Assembly: GCF_009914755.1 (NCBI RefSeq)
Contig: NC_060935.1
DNA: 64,000 nucleotides
From: the human T2T-CHM13v2.0 reference genome, Homo sapiens
Direction: 5' to 3' (one strand)
Position numbers and translations under genes: made by a program. Within the stretch, counting starts at the first letter, position 1; each line of letters starts with the position of its first letter. Positions 13,691 through 31,007 of this stretch are shown in pieces. Under the pieces are notes generated by a model. The model had not been told where the DNA came from, did no database searches, and worked only from the letters and a program-made list of their open reading frames with translations.

Positions 13691-13708
13691 AAGGTAAGGG
13701 ACTCTTCA

Positions 13709-14423
<715 letters not shown>

Positions 14424-15039
14424 ACTTAACTTTGTAACTACAACTACCAAATGCAAAGAACATAAAAGGCCAAGAGGGAAGGTCAACAAATTAAAACTTA
14501 CTTGAAGAATTTACTAGAATCACAGCATAAACACCACCTTCTTCTGTTTTAGTACGTGACTGACCCTTAAAAAACGGAAAGGATCTTTCTCCTTGAAACA
14601 TTTTTAAATTCAAAATTAATTTCAGTAGGCTTCATAAAACAGCAGACTAATAACAAAGCTATTGTTGATCATCCTGTTCTGTCCTATTGCATCTAATATA
14701 GAATAATATATCACCACAGTAACAAAGCCTAGAATCACTATGTTGCTAATTCCAAAGTAACTGCTTTGACATAATTGAGCAAATTATCCTAGGAAGAAAT
14801 CTTTGGTGGAGATGGGTAGAGGCTGGAGAATGGGAGAACAAACAAAAAAACCCCTTAAGAACGCCTCTGTGGTAGCAAGATAATGCCTGCAAGTATTACC
14901 ACACCTGCCTTCCGTGACAATTTCAGAAAATTATTTTTAAGCAGAGCTGCAAAATTAGATATCCTATTACCTACATTCATAGTTTTCACAATCAATGATA
15001 ATAAATACACAAAATCCATTTCTGTCGGGGAACAAAAGC

Positions 15040-15332
15040 TTTTTTTTTTTTTTTGAGATAGAGTCTTGCTCTGTCGCCCAGCCTGGAGTGCAGTGGTGCG
15101 ATCTCAGCTCACTGCAACCTCCGCCTCCTGGGCTCAAGTGATTCTCCTGCCTCAGCCTCCTAAGTAGCTGGGATTACAAGTGCCCGCCTCCATGACTGGC
15201 TAATTTTTGTATCTTTAGTATAGACGGGATTTTGCCATGTTGGCCAGTCTTGAACTCCTGACCTCAGGTGATCCACCCACCTCAGCTTCCCAAAATGCTG
15301 GGATTACAGGTCTGAGCCACGGTGCCCAGCCA
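15040..15332 (-). mobile_element. Alu (S-like)
   Basis: Full dimer, poly(T) first on the + strand. Confidence 0.92.
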
Positions 15333-15739
15333 ACGAAAACATTTTGAACTATGGCTCCAGCTGTCTCACTGGAAAGAAACCTGCACTGATACTGGATATT
15401 CTCTACCACATTTAACAATAAACATTCTCAAATATATGGTTCATTCCAACCATAAAAATCTCTGGCACTACTGTATGTCACCTACTTAATTTTATAGAGA
15501 AGTAAACAATGTAAAAACAGGTAACTTTTCAATACTCGCTATTGAATTAAATTTACAGCATGTATTTTATTCACTACTTTATCATATTCATATCTTGCCA
15601 CAGAATTCAATACAGCATAATAATGATTGAATACTAAATTGAAGACATTTATTTTATTTGGATAGTGAGTGATGACTTCAAAATCCATACTTACAGACAA
15701 AAAGGCAAGTTAGGAGACAGTCACTTAAAGACAGTTTAC

Positions 15740-15846
15740 CTCTGCAACTTTGAGGAACTCTGAGATTCTTGTCATCCTAGTTAGGAACTTCTTATAGATG
15801 TCAAGACCTTCTTTGCATTGGTTCTTTTTCATATCAAAATATTTTT
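15740..15846 (-). CDS. PICALM: PICALM exon 7 (107 nt): (E)[35 protein letters not shown]
   Basis: ttgtcag|AAAAATAT...GCAGAG|gtaaac; peptide visible in ORF 15725..15955. Confidence 0.97.
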
Positions 15847-16538
15847 CTGACAAAATAAATGTAAAAATTCTTTTGTTCACATCAAAATATAACACCCAAA
15901 AAAGGAAAAAAAAAGTAGGTAATAGCTCCAAATAGGTCTCTAAAGGAGCATACATACCCTACTAGAAAAATATCAGTGTTAAGTTAGCTTAGGTATTTAA
16001 AGCAAATTAGAATAGAGGTGCTATTATACTAAAAAAAGAAACATTACTTGACCCTACTCATATTCCTAGTTTGTGCCATAGTACTTTTCCTCACAATTAC
16101 CTAAGTACATATTTGTGTGTAAACACGTACCACACTTGACCCCATTTAAAACAGCACTAACATCTATTTCCAATCTTACTAATAGTATATTATCTAAGAT
16201 AACAACTTTACCATGCCCAAATGTCACTCAGAAAGTTCATTTAAGTTTAATGTATACATAGAAAAGGTTAATTTATACTAATTATAGTATTGAAGACTAT
16301 GCCTTCCAAAGCTTTATAGAAAAACCTTTATTTTTCACTTGTGAAAAAATAAGCCAAATTTCCCTATCCCTATAGATTAAAGCATCCCTGAGTAAGTCCA
16401 CGTTACTTCAGACTATAAAAAACAGATTTAAATTTTTTAAAAGTTCATTATGGAGTTGATTATGAGAAAACAATATTCTTCTGGGACAAAATATTTGTTT
16501 TTTTCCCATCTTTTTTTATTGTGGTAAAATACCTGTAA

Positions 16539-16712
<174 letters not shown>

Positions 16713-16990
16713 TAAAGGCACTTTTATATTTCTAAAAATTAATAAAATGGGTGGAAAAAACATAGATACATCTAAAAAATAAAGTTCATCTTGCTGAACA
16801 TCCTGGGTATAAAAATATGTAATCACTTGCAGAAGTAATTAGGTATAAAACTCTTTTCTCCAAATTAACTGTTACAATGAATGAATATATCATAATAAAT
16901 TTTTAGCCAGCTTTAAGTAACAACTCAGTCAATATTGTTTATCCATATGACACAAGATAAGAAATGTTATTAGGCTACAGCAGTATTTAC

Positions 16991-17102
16991 CCAACAAATT
17001 AATAATTCCTTCATTGTATGCTGCAAACAGTCTAATGGCATCTTTGAACAGGAGCATGAAGGCAGCATTTATTACCCCATTTGTAAGTTCATTGCTATTA
17101 AC
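16991..17102 (-). CDS. PICALM: PICALM exon 6 (112 nt): [37 protein letters not shown](E)
   Basis: tttccctag|GTTAATAGC...TTGTTGG|gtaaat. Confidence 0.97.
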
Positions 17103-17735
17103 CTAGGGAAAAATTGGAAAATAAAATTAGCTAATCTTAGGTTTTAAATGACATTGACAAAAAGATTTCCTTCAAATTAAGATACAGTAAATTCATGCAT
17201 TAGGCATGTTAGTGAAAAATACATTTATTTTCTCTAATACATACATAAAGATCACGGTGCAGTAGCTACCATATAAATGAACATTATTTATTATTATTAA
17301 ATTTGCTGTAACCAGATAATTGTATTTATTTGACTAAAAGAATACTGGAAATATTTTTAGTTTTATCTCAAGGAATAAATCAAAAAGATAAACCAAATTA
17401 ATTCTAAGTTCTTTTTTAGCACATGAAAATTAACTCGTTATATATAGAAAAACTAAGCACAAAATTGAATGGCAAACAAAAAACTGGTAAAAAAGGTATT
17501 TGCAGACTATCTAGTAGAGCTGATGTCCATTATATAGGGAGAATCCTAATAATAAATAAAGTAAATGAAAACAATTTACAAAATAAAAAATACATATGGA
17601 TAATAACGTGAAAAGAAATACAACTTCACTTATCAGGTAAATTAAAATACAATAATCAAATCAAATTACTAAAATATCCTTTCCTGAACATCAGACTATA
17701 TTACTCAGTGCCCATAAGAATGAAAAAAGAAAAGA

Positions 17736-18108
<373 letters not shown>

Positions 18109-18474
18109 TTATTAAAAATTTAAATGTTTATATTATTTGAACCACCACATTCTTTTTCTGGGTGTTAAACCTATTAAAATAGGTTTACAAATAGAAACAC
18201 ACACACACACAGAGGGAGAGACAGACAAGAGACAGAGAAAGGAGAGAGAATTGAGTGTAGCACTGTTTAGGATAAAAAAACAGAATAAACATCTATCAAC
18301 AGGAGGATTAGATAAATTGTTATTATACAACAAAGTACAATACAGACATTGAAAAGAATAAGAAATTTTAAACAAATACAATATATTAAGAAAAATATGC
18401 ATGGTTGGACCCTGAGATTCTATACAAACCAAAATAATGTTGAATAACTGCATCAGTACCCCATGCCTTCTAGA

Positions 18475-18755
18475 GCAGGGGTCAGCAAACTTTTTTTTGT
18501 AAAGGGTCAGATGGTAAATATTTTAGACTGTGGGCCACACAGTCTCTGTCATAACTTTTGAACTCTGCTGTTGTAACATAAAACAGCCATAGATAATATG
18601 TATCAGTGAGCTTGGCTGTGTTCCAATAATACTATTGAGGACACTGAAGTTGGAATTTCATGTAACTTCCACCTGTTACAAAATACCATTTAATTATTTT
18701 CAACCACTTAAAAAACATACAAAAACAGGCAGTAAGCTGTAGTTGGATAATCTCT
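18475..18755 (+). mobile_element. MER58-like hAT-Charlie element
   Basis: caggggtcagcaaactttttt...gtaaagggtcagatggtaaatattttag...tgtgttccaataa. Confidence 0.8.
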
Positions 18756-19579
18756 GTTTTAGTCTATGAAATACCTGTAAGATTTATTGAATGTTTACTG
18801 AACACTTACTATGTGCCACATTAATAGGCAATGGGGGTACAACAGAGAACAAAAGTGACCTAGTTCCTGCCCTGAAGAAGCTTAAAAACTAGCAATTAAA
18901 CAATTTAAAGGAAAAATCTATTTCAGCATGAAACTGTCACAGTTCCATTCACTAACTTGCACTCACAATCTCTAAAACAAAATGACAAATAAATAATAAA
19001 CAAAACATTGTTAAGATAGATGACAAAAAAACAGAACAGAGTTGAAAACGTTAACTTCTAACACATTATAAATGAATGACAAAGCTGGCAGCTTGGTTCA
19101 AGTCATGGTCATTAAAACAAAAATTCCAGCGAACACAATGCCCTTGGGCAATAGCTACATAATAAGCTATTATAACTGCTATTTAAACTTCTTCTTCTGA
19201 ATAATTGCCATGCTTTGAGTCCCATTAAATAGACAAAAGTAAAATATTAAGTTGGCTATTTATTTAAAAAATATCCCTGTACATTTTTAAGATCTAAAAG
19301 CCATTATCAAAAGAAAATATATTTTCAGATCAATCCTTTCACCACTTTAGCTTGTATATCTTAAAATTCTAGAGCTAGAGAAGCACTAAAGAAATAAATC
19401 CAAAACAGTCATAAAAATCAGAAAGTAATTTGACTTGAGACTATTTTATAAAAAATCCTTAGCCATATAGGATATCAGGATGTGAAAAACTAGAGTCTGT
19501 GAAAACTTGAGGTTAAAAATTCTCATGAATTATAATGACCTAATTTTTTAAAATCTTAAATTACAAAAGCATAACTCAC

Positions 19580-19673
19580 ATTAAAATCAAGAAGTGCATC
19601 CATTTGATTCTGAATAATTGGTACAGTTTTTAGGAGTTTTTCTGTGTTCATTGTTCTCATAACTCCATCAGCC
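19580..19673 (-). CDS. PICALM: PICALM exon 5 (94 nt): (G)[31 protein letters not shown]
   Basis: ataacag|GGCTGATGG...GATTTTAAT|gtgagt. Confidence 0.97.
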
Positions 19674-20799
19674 CTGTTATGAAAAAACCAGAGAAATAAA
19701 CAAATGAATCTGCAATTAAATCTACATTTCAAACTCCCCCCCTGGTTTTCTACTAAAACAGAGAACCAAGTTGCTATGAAATGTCACATATTTTTAAGTC
19801 ATTATGGAACATGAAAACTGAAGCAGAGATCATACAGAAAAAACAAAAACAGGCAACACAATATGTCAAATATCAAGGTACTCATTTAGAACTAAAAAAG
19901 AACATAAAGCATGAGCCATAAAAGCAAAAGTATACATTATACAGCAAGGTCTATAGCTTGTATTTTCACAAGATGAAATGATCTGATCCTCACAATCATT
20001 GGTGTGTAAAGAGCAGTTTTACCATTTTTTTAAATTACAAATAAAATAATCATTTGCCTCAAGTCAAAAAACAGTTAAACACTCTGTAGGCCAAGAGTTA
20101 ACAAAGTCTTAGAGCTCTGTTTTATTTAAAGTATTTTATTCATGACCCAACAGCAATGGCTTTTAATTCAGAAATTATAACTAAAACTACTTTATTACAA
20201 AATAAAGAACAATTTTACCAAATCATTCTAATCTGGCTATTACACAAGAGATACTTTCAATGGACAGCCTTTAATAAAATAGTCTGTTAAATATTTCCAA
20301 ACAGATATTTCTAAAGATAGAGAAATTATTGGCAGCACCAAAACAGATTTAAAAACCAGTACATGAAAGGTACTGGGGCTAACGTACACAACTAATATTA
20401 AGAGCTTATTATATATCACACTAAGTATTATTCAGAGATTGCCCTATCATTTTCAAATCCTCATTCTACTGATTTACTGTTTGGCTGAGTAACAAGGCAT
20501 TTCCAAAAAATATGTCAGGTTCCCCTAATTTACAAATGACCTATACTTATAAATGGCTGTTCTACCCTACGATAAACCATGAACTATGACCTCAGACGCC
20601 AAAAAACAATTAAGCTATAAAAAGCAACAACTGTGCTTTGTAGGACACAACAAAGTTTAATAACCAAATACTAGACTGCCTTAAGTAGTCACCTATTGAT
20701 CAGCTTCGGCCTAATTCTCCCTAATGTGTTAACTTATGGATGCCTGTTTCCGCTCAAGTGCTAAACAGCATTGGCTGGAAGCAGCTGCTGGAGCTTGGG

Positions 20800-21600
20800 C
20801 TGAGGACACCATTCCTTCTTTTGCAACTCTTCTTACTGATGTCATTTTTTTACCTCTGGTTACTTCTCCATCACAGAAGATTTGAACATTGGCTCAGTCT
20901 TTCTTGTCATTAGCTTCAACATCTACATGGACAACCAATCCAACACCTTGATGTCAAAATCCCTGATTCTAACCTTACTGCCCCCAGAAACCACATCATC
21001 CTAGCCCCACCCCTGAAGAACAACAACAAAAAAAGGTAAAATTCAGACACCTTATTCTGTGACAATTACCTTTTAACCTTTCAGCTGCTTTGGTCACATA
21101 TCCCTGTGGTAAAAACTATTTGACCTCATCAGAAACTTCAATGTTTCAACTCCACCACTACCCACATTGATCCTTTCTCATTTTTACTTTCTTCATCTAG
21201 CTTAGAATTCCACAGATCATTAATATAATCACTCCTTTACAAATACCTTTAACTTTCTTGCACCTCTTTTCTTCCCTGCATTTCAGTCATCTGGCAAATT
21301 CACTATCCTGGCTGAGCAAACACCTAACTAATCCATGCCTGTACACACATAGCTGAGTGCTGGTAAAGAAAACAGCACAACTGGGCAAACTGGCAAAACT
21401 ATAAACTCATGATCATCAACCTCAAATGAATACTCAACATTGCCAGCAATCCTCTTAGCCGTCTCTAATAAAATCCTCTCCTAAGTATCTTCGAATCCTC
21501 TTCTCTTTCCTTGTCTCCTTACATGAAACACATAAGCTCTCAGCTCTTAACTCCCAAAATATTTCATTCTGGAACAGAAAATAACAAAAAGCAATTGTCT
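20800..21600. mobile_element. Degraded L2-like sequence
   Basis: Pyrimidine-rich text such as gcttagaattccacagatcattaatataatcactccttt resembles the L2 interior. Confidence 0.45.
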
Positions 21601-21634
21601 GGTCTTCTTGCCACCCAAACTATATTTCTATTTA

Positions 21635-21971
<337 letters not shown>

Positions 21972-23296
21972 CTACCATGGTAGATTCCAAATGAATCCAA
22001 GATTAAAATATAAAACACCTAATCCATAAATATAACTGATGAAAACATAATCATTTTAGCTCACTGAGCTTGCTTGAAAGATAAAAAACATAAAAATGAA
22101 GATAATGATTTTGATCACCTAAGATTGTAAAGCTTTTAACAGTGTTAAAAAACAAGGAAAAATACTCATAACCTATAACAATTTATTTTCCTAATATACA
22201 AAAAGTTCATTTGTTGAGTGTTTGTTATGTGTTAAGCACTACATACAATATCCCATTTAATTCTCACAACAATCCTGACAGGAAAGTACTAATTAACATC
22301 GTAATTTTACAGATGAAATAACTCAGAGCTTAAGTAAGGCCTTCCCAGTTTTGCCACAGCATACTAGTATGGTAGAAAGGGTTATAAGTGTGCCAAGATG
22401 TTGATCCTTTTTAACCCTTTAGCCTCAAGTAGTCTCTTGTATAAATAGTTAACAGTTTGTGTGCCACCATGTGAAAGAAGTTTAGCAAGCTGATAGATAC
22501 GTAATAAAATATCCTTGTTTTTAGAAAATATTCACCAAAGTATTAAAAGATATAAACTATAAAAGGCATCAGGTATGTAACCCACTCTCAAATGGTTCAG
22601 AAAAAAATGTGTGTGTGCGCCTGTGTGAATATACACAGAAAGAGAAATGCAGATGTGGCAAAATGCTAAAAACTGGTGGTTCTGAGTAAAGTATACAGAA
22701 GTTCTCTAATATTCTTGCTACATTTCTGGAAGTGAAATTATTTTAAAGTAATATTATTTTTTAAAAGTCAGTAAACCAGCTAAAGTATCTCACTGAAGTC
22801 TCTCATCTAATTGGTGTGAAGCTAGAATTCAAACCTAGATTCATCTGACTAAAAAAGCTTGTGAGTTCTTACCACTATTAAACACAATGGAAAAGAGTGA
22901 AAAACCCAATAGAGAAGCTGTCAATGGACATCAAAAGACAATTAATAAAACAAGTATGGCATTCAAAAGGAAGGGGGAGTGTGCTCAATATCACCATTTA
23001 TTCAATCAACTAATATAAAATGAACACATATGAACGCGTTTTTCATGATGATGGAAGAATACAAATAACTATTTAAGCCAATAATTTAGTATAACTTTTA
23101 TAAAGGATAATTTGGTGTTTTGTATTAAAATGTTAAATGTATATATATCTCAATGACTCATCAATTTTAATAATTTATTCTATAGAAAAACTCAATGCAA
23201 CCATACATAAAAGGATGGTCAATCCACTGCTTTTATAAGATTAAAAAAAGGGAATAAATCAGATGTACACCTGCAACATAATTCTACAGCCATTCA

Positions 23297-23731
<435 letters not shown>

Positions 23732-24899
23732 TTATATACATATTTCTATTTACTCGCACAGAAAAGGTTAGACACACTAAAATGTTAACATTTTCTATGA
23801 ATTAGGATGGTATTTTTCTTAAATTTTATTACTTTTGTAAACATAAAAAAAAATCTTAATAAATCAAACTTTACTACTTACAATGAGAGTCCTCTCCAAA
23901 AGGTGTAGCCTACTGAGGTTTTTGCCATGATATAATAATTTCAATTGCTGTCATGTCCTCAATTTATACCTGATATTCTTGATTTTTTTTCTTTTGTATT
24001 TATACAGTCTGACGTGTATATGTGTGTGTATAATGCCACTTTTGCACTTCTTCTTGGTCCCCACTCAATTATGGCTCCTCCTTGATTCAACTAAGTCAAT
24101 ACTAATTTTATTGTACTTAATCAGGAGCTATTTTCCTCCAATTAAAAAAGACTGCTCTATTAAATAAAAAAATTCACCAACTATTCTCAAGACTGGCCCT
24201 TCAAATTAGAACAAAAGTTACCATTTTAAAAATCTATTATTCTGAAATCTGTAAATACACTGAAGATCAACTTCACTGAAGACACTTTACAGTGAAATAT
24301 TATTGGACAGGATACAGAGGTTAAAAATCAGACTTCTAAAAAAGTTCTCCACCATAATCTTCTACAAAGTGCTTAAATATATGAAACAAAATCTGTAGAA
24401 TTTACTTTAGGTATATTCCAAAATAATCACCTCCTGATGGATTTGGAATGGCAGCATAGAACATTTAAATTCAGCTTTAAATTTTCTTGCATAACTAAGA
24501 GGTTACCTCTATATTTTAATTAAATTTTTCACTTCAGTCCATTAATTTAAAATTTCAATAGAACAATCTAAAGGAACACATCAATTGCTTAGACCTTTGG
24601 GATCACTGAGCAGCAGAGTGGCTCAGGAAGGCATTCACCAGACTATTTCTGTACATGCCAGATTCCCTTCAAGACAGGTCTTCATAGCTACAAGGGTCAT
24701 CGCTGCTGCTAAGAATGTCTTCAGTGGCTTTCTCCTGAGGCCTCATCCTATATCCTAGGAAAAAAATCTGCATATCAGGTGTTATCACTTATAGAAGCAC
24801 TGACTATATCATTCATGTGACTGGATCATGTACTAAGATGATTGTTATTTAGGGTGCAGCAAAAATTAAATGCATCTTCTGCATTTAAGATTAAAAGAA

Positions 24900-26910
24900 A
24901 GCTTAAATACAAAACAGCACTGAAAGAAATGAAAAAAGATCCAAATAAACAGAAAGACATCTCTTGTTCATAGACTAGAAATTTAATCATTAAGAAGGTA
25001 ATACTCCCCAAACTGATCTATAGATTCAATGCAATCCCCCACAAAATCCCAGCTATCTTTTCTGCAGAAATCAAAAAGCTGATCCTGAAATTCACATGGG
25101 AATGCAAGGGGCCCAGAACAGCTAAAACAATCTTGGGAAAAAAAAAAAAAAAAAAAAGAATAGAATTGGAAGACTCACACGTTCTAATTTTAAAACACAC
25201 TGCAAAGCAACAGTAATCAAGACAATGTGGTACTGGCATGAAGATATACATACAGATCAACAGAACAGAACTGCAAGTCCAGAAATAAACCTTTACATTT
25301 ATGGTCAACTCATCTTCAACAAGGTACTAAGACTATCCAATGGGGAAAGAAGAGTAATTTCACAAAATGTTGCTGGGATAACTCAATATCCACATACAAA
25401 AGAATAAATTTGGACTCACCTCTCACACCATATACAAAAGTTAATTCCAAATAGATAAGAACCTAACTATATGGGCAAAAAATACAAGATTCTTAGAATA
25501 AAAAGTAGGAGTAAATCTTTGTGACCCTGGATTAAACAATGATTTCTTAGACATGATTACAAAAGTACAAGCAACCAAAGGAAAAAAAAGATACACTTAA
25601 TTAATTAAAAATGTTTGTTCTTCAAAAAACACCAACAAGAAACTGAAAAGACCAGCCATGGGAGAAAAATATTTGCAAATTATTTATGCGATAAGAAACT
25701 GGTGCCCAGAACATATTTTTTAAAATTCTTGCAACTTAACAATAAAAAGGGCAAGTAACCCAATTTAAAAATGAGCAAAAGGCCAGGTCAGTAGCTCAAG
25801 CCTATAATCTCAACACTGTGGGAGGCCAAAATGGGAAGACTGCTTGAGCCCAGGAGTTCAAGACCAGCCTTGGCAACATAGTGAGAACTCATTTGTATGA
25901 AAATTTTTTTAAAAATTAACTGAGCATAGTGTTGCATGCCTGTGTTCCCAGCTACTCAGCAGGCTGAGGGGGAAAAATTGCTTGAGCACAGGAGGTCGAC
26001 ACTGCAGTGAGCTGGGATGGTGCCACTGTCTCAAAAAGTGAAAATAAAAAATAAAAACAGGGCAAAGGGTTTGAAGAGGCATTTTTTCAAAAGACGATAT
26101 GCAAATGGTCAACAGCTCAAAAAAAATGCTCAATATCATTAGCCATCAGGGAAATGCAAACTAAAAATCACAAGACACCAGTTCACACCCACTAGGATGG
26201 CTACCATTTAAGAAAAAAAAAAAAAGGCAAAAAAAAACCCAGAAAATAACAAGTATGGCAAGAATAGGGAGAAACTGAAAGTGCCATACATTGCTGGTGG
26301 GAACGTAAAGTGATTCAACTGCTTTGAAAAATGATTTGGCAGTTCCTCAAAATGACAAACGTAAGAGTTACCATATGACACAGCAATTCCACTTCTAGGT
26401 ATACACCGAAGAGAATTAAAAAGATAATCCACATAAAATCTAATGTTCACAGCACCATTATTCCTAATAGGCAAAAGTAGAAACTATTCAAGTGGCCATC
26501 ACCTTATGAACAGATAAACAAAATGCAGTATATGTCCATAAAGTAAAATATGATTTGGCTAGAAAAAGGAATAAAATACTGATATATGAAATAACATGGA
26601 TGCTATAACTTGGACATATCATGCTACACAAAGGTCACATATTGTATAATTTCATTTATATGAAATGTTCAGAATAGACAAGCCCAGAGACACAGAAAGT
26701 AGATTCATGGTTGCCAGGATCTAGGGGAAGAGGGACTAGGAAATGAATGCTAATAGGTATAGAGTTTCTTTGTGGAGGTGATAAAAATGTTCTGAAATTA
26801 GTGGTGATGTTGGACAACTTTGTAAATACACTAAAAACCAATGAATTACACACTTTAAAATGATAAATTTTGTTATGTGAATGATATCTCAATAAAGGTG
26901 CTATAAAAAG
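24900..26910 (+). mobile_element. L1M (L1MB-like) ORF2 3' part plus 3'UTR, interrupted by an old Alu at 25781-26057
   Basis: atctatagattcaatgcaatccc, cagtaatcaagacaatgtggtactggcat (WYWH..RH.DQ-like ORF2 motif), terminal aataaa near 26891. Confidence 0.9.
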
Positions 26911-27080
26911 AACTTAAAAACAAATCCTACCACAAAAAGTACTTGATATACCTCATCAAAGAAAAATGAGGCTCATCTTTTAAAACTGGCTAAAATTTCA
27001 TAATTCATAATCTAGTAACTCCTATGTTTTACATTTTTAAAAATTCAAATCAATTAGATGTCAAAAAAAGCTTAACTCAC

Positions 27081-27183
27081 CCTCTCTTCACTTTTGTGAA
27101 ATCAAATGCAACTTGTCTGTATGAAACTGCTTTCTCATTTAAATATCTACTATACCGCCTAATAAATGTAGACATGTCATATC
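27081..27183 (-). CDS. PICALM: PICALM exon 4 (103 nt): (G)[33 protein letters not shown](G)
   Basis: ttttacag|GATATGAC...AAGAGAGG|gtgagt. Confidence 0.97.
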
Positions 27184-28559
27184 CTGTAAAAAAACAAAAA
27201 CAAAAACAAAACAAAGAGAGAGACAAGTTTTTATAAATGACTAAAAATCCCAATATGCCTAGAAAAACAACTCATTGCATCCAATGGCTATAAAATGTCT
27301 TGATATCCCAATTCAATTTAGTATGTAAATTAAGTAACTAATTAATAACATTACCATTAAATTCTCTTAAGGCTTCATATTTAAATCAGATAAGTCCTAT
27401 GTAGTTTTAAAAAAAAAACCTCTTCCCTTAGAACTTCACTATTCTCTCAATATTCCTATTCTTTATTCATCAGGAATTAGAAAAACATGTTCTTTTACAC
27501 AACTTGATAATCTCAACTCAAATTTAACATCCTATGGAACCACAATCCCATTCCTCAAATCAAGCAACTTTATATAATTTTTATACTCCTAAAATCTTTA
27601 GCTGTATTTAGAACCATAACTTGTATGTGCCAACCTTATAAAAAGTATAAAAAATTACTGTGTAATATAAGAAATGGCAATATGCAAGTTCAGGGTGTAA
27701 CAAAAACAATTATATGAATGTTTTCAATGAAACTTTCTAAATGAATACATAAATCATTCTAAGATTTTGTTTCATCATGACCTTGACTTGAAAACTTTAG
27801 CAACATAAAATCTAATCAATATTATTTTCTAAAAACACCAAAAACTTTGTGTTTTAGTTATTACCTGGCTCAAGGAAGTCTATAAATTTTTGCTCCTCAT
27901 TGAAAAGTGAACCCATTTTATCTCATATTCATCTAACAAATTTAATTACTTGGTCTTTGCTACCTTTAAAAGACAATACCAAAACCAACCAAAATGTAAA
28001 CTAACTGGATTTCAACATCACCAGTTCATTTATTTAGCAAAATATTTATTGAGTGCCTATTAAGTACCAGTGGAGAAAAATCAGTGAACAAAATAGAAAA
28101 AAAAATACTGCTCCCATATGACTTCATACCTACTACTGTACACGTCAGGTGTTACATGCTCACATTCCTCAGCTCTTCGGTTCATATGGTTCTATCTACT
28201 ATACCCCATCCTAAGACGGTAAACACCTCTCATCCTTCAAGGCTCAACCTCTCGTCTACATAAAAAGAGTGAAATTATTAACACCTTACCACTAGAATTG
28301 CTTAATTTCCATCTTAAGAAAATGATAAATCAGTCGCTAATAAGACACAAAAAACCTACTTGGATATATGCATAAACTCTGCCTAGAGCACTGCTCTGCA
28401 TCTTGTTTTCCATAGACTTTTAAAGTTAAAATGAACTGAATGAGGGAGGAAGTGAAAATTAAAGGATGAGTAGGCAGTTTCTTCCATGCCCCTGAAAATA
28501 GAGACACTCCATTTTTATCTATAATATATATCTGGCTTCTGTTTAAGATTTCAAAAAGA

Positions 28560-28893
28560 GGCCAGGTGTGGTGGCTCATGCCTGTAATCCCAGCACTTTG
28601 GGAGGCATAGGAGGATCGCTTTAGACCAAGAGTTCAAGACCAACCTGGTCAACAGAGCAAGAGCCCATCTCTACAAAATATTTAAGAATAAAAATATTAG
28701 CCAGGCGTGGTGGTGCACATCTGTAATCCCAGCTGCTCAGGAGGCTGAAGGGAGGACCGCTTGAGCCAGGAGTTAGAGGCTGCAGTGAGCTACGATCATA
28801 CCACTGCACCCAGCCTAGGTGACAGAGCAAGCCCCGGTCTCTCTTACTCCAGCCTCAGCAACAGAACCAGATCCTGTCTCAAAGAAAAAAAAA
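28560..28893 (+). mobile_element. Alu (J-like) with a duplicated 3' end
   Basis: Two successive ccagcct...cag...gtctc termini. Confidence 0.85.
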
Positions 28894-29834
28894 ATTTTTT
28901 TTTCAAGAGAGGGGGTCTACTGTTTTAATTTTTTTTCCTTAAGTTAGAGCGCCGTAACTCTTGTTAAAATATAATGCATTTTGTAACAATGGGTCCTACA
29001 TATAGATTACTGGTCTTCTAGAATGTCTGGAAGATAGGGTATTAAATTCTTTTTAAGCAATACCTGCACTTACCAAAGGGAAACAAGTATTGGACTGAAC
29101 ACCTCCAAACTCAAATACAGCCAGTCACATTAAAAAAAAAAAAAAATTCCCCTGATCTTTTTTTTTTTTTTACACCTCCAGAAGAACCACAGTTCAGGCC
29201 CTGATTAACTCTACACTAGATAACCAGAACAACTGAAACAGTCTCAGCATCTTCAAGATTTGGTTTACTCTGATCTAACTTGACTAAGCTATGATGCTTT
29301 CCTGGTAACACATAATTCCCTCTCCCCTCCTCTCTCTACTGCATTATAAAATTCCAACTCTATAAAAAATTTTTGTGCTTGATTTTGGCTCTGAACAGCT
29401 TCTTGAGGGCTATCTGCCACTACATGTTCTCAAATACACCATTCATATATATTCTATTCACATTCATTTGCTCTGTAAATCTTAAATACTCATATCCATG
29501 TGAATGACTTTCACATCCATATACATCTGTGTATCTGTCCTTACTTTCACATTCATGTATTGTACCTGTGCTTAAGCCAACTCATCTTCTCATCCTTCTC
29601 TTGAAGCCCAGCACAAATCTCACCTTCTCTAAAGACATTTCCCTGATTGAGCCTCACTGTTGAATATTCCCAATTCATTTGGCATATCCTTTATGAGGTT
29701 CTCCCTAAAGCTAACATTCTATAATGCTAACAGCCTAGTTACAGAACTAAGTAAAACAGATCCCATTAAGACAATGTGCATGGACAGCTATAACCACATT
29801 ATGTCCATTTCAAGTTACTAAATAAAAAATAGCA

Positions 29835-30137
<303 letters not shown>

Positions 30138-30235
30138 CTACGAATATGAAGGAACAATTCATCTCAACAAATTATATCCACTTTAGCTACTAAAACATGT
30201 AATATTTCAACTACATTTCTTGGAATGAAACATAA

Positions 30236-30574
<339 letters not shown>

Positions 30575-31007
30575 TTACATAGCATGTCTTGTGTGCCAGG
30601 CACTGTTCTAAGCACTTTGTAGTAATTAACTAGGTTAAGTCTCATGACAATCTTACTGGGTAGGTACTATCACTATTACTCGATTCTACTGATGCAGAGG
30701 TGAAGTAACCTGCCCAAGTTCATATAGCTGGTAGGCAGCAAAGATGAGATTCAAACCTAGACAGTCCAGCTCCAGAATTCATGCTCTCAAATAACTACTC
30801 TGCACTCCGTCTCAGAGAGCTCTGAGTATCTGGTAGGAAGATTATTATTAATCTTCAAATTAAAAGACAGTTTTTTCTTTCCTACAACCTTCACTAAAAT
30901 ATAAGGTTTAAAGTAGCACATGTTCTAAAAGACAGAGTTCTACTCTGGAGTAATCATCATGTGGGTGTCATTCTTTTGATTTTCTATAATGTAAAAGTTA
31001 TCTTTAC

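Noticed and set aside
25225-25407. ORF MWYWHEDIHTDQQNRTASPEIN...
   Set aside because: Decayed L1 ORF2 remnant with stops and frameshifts on both sides
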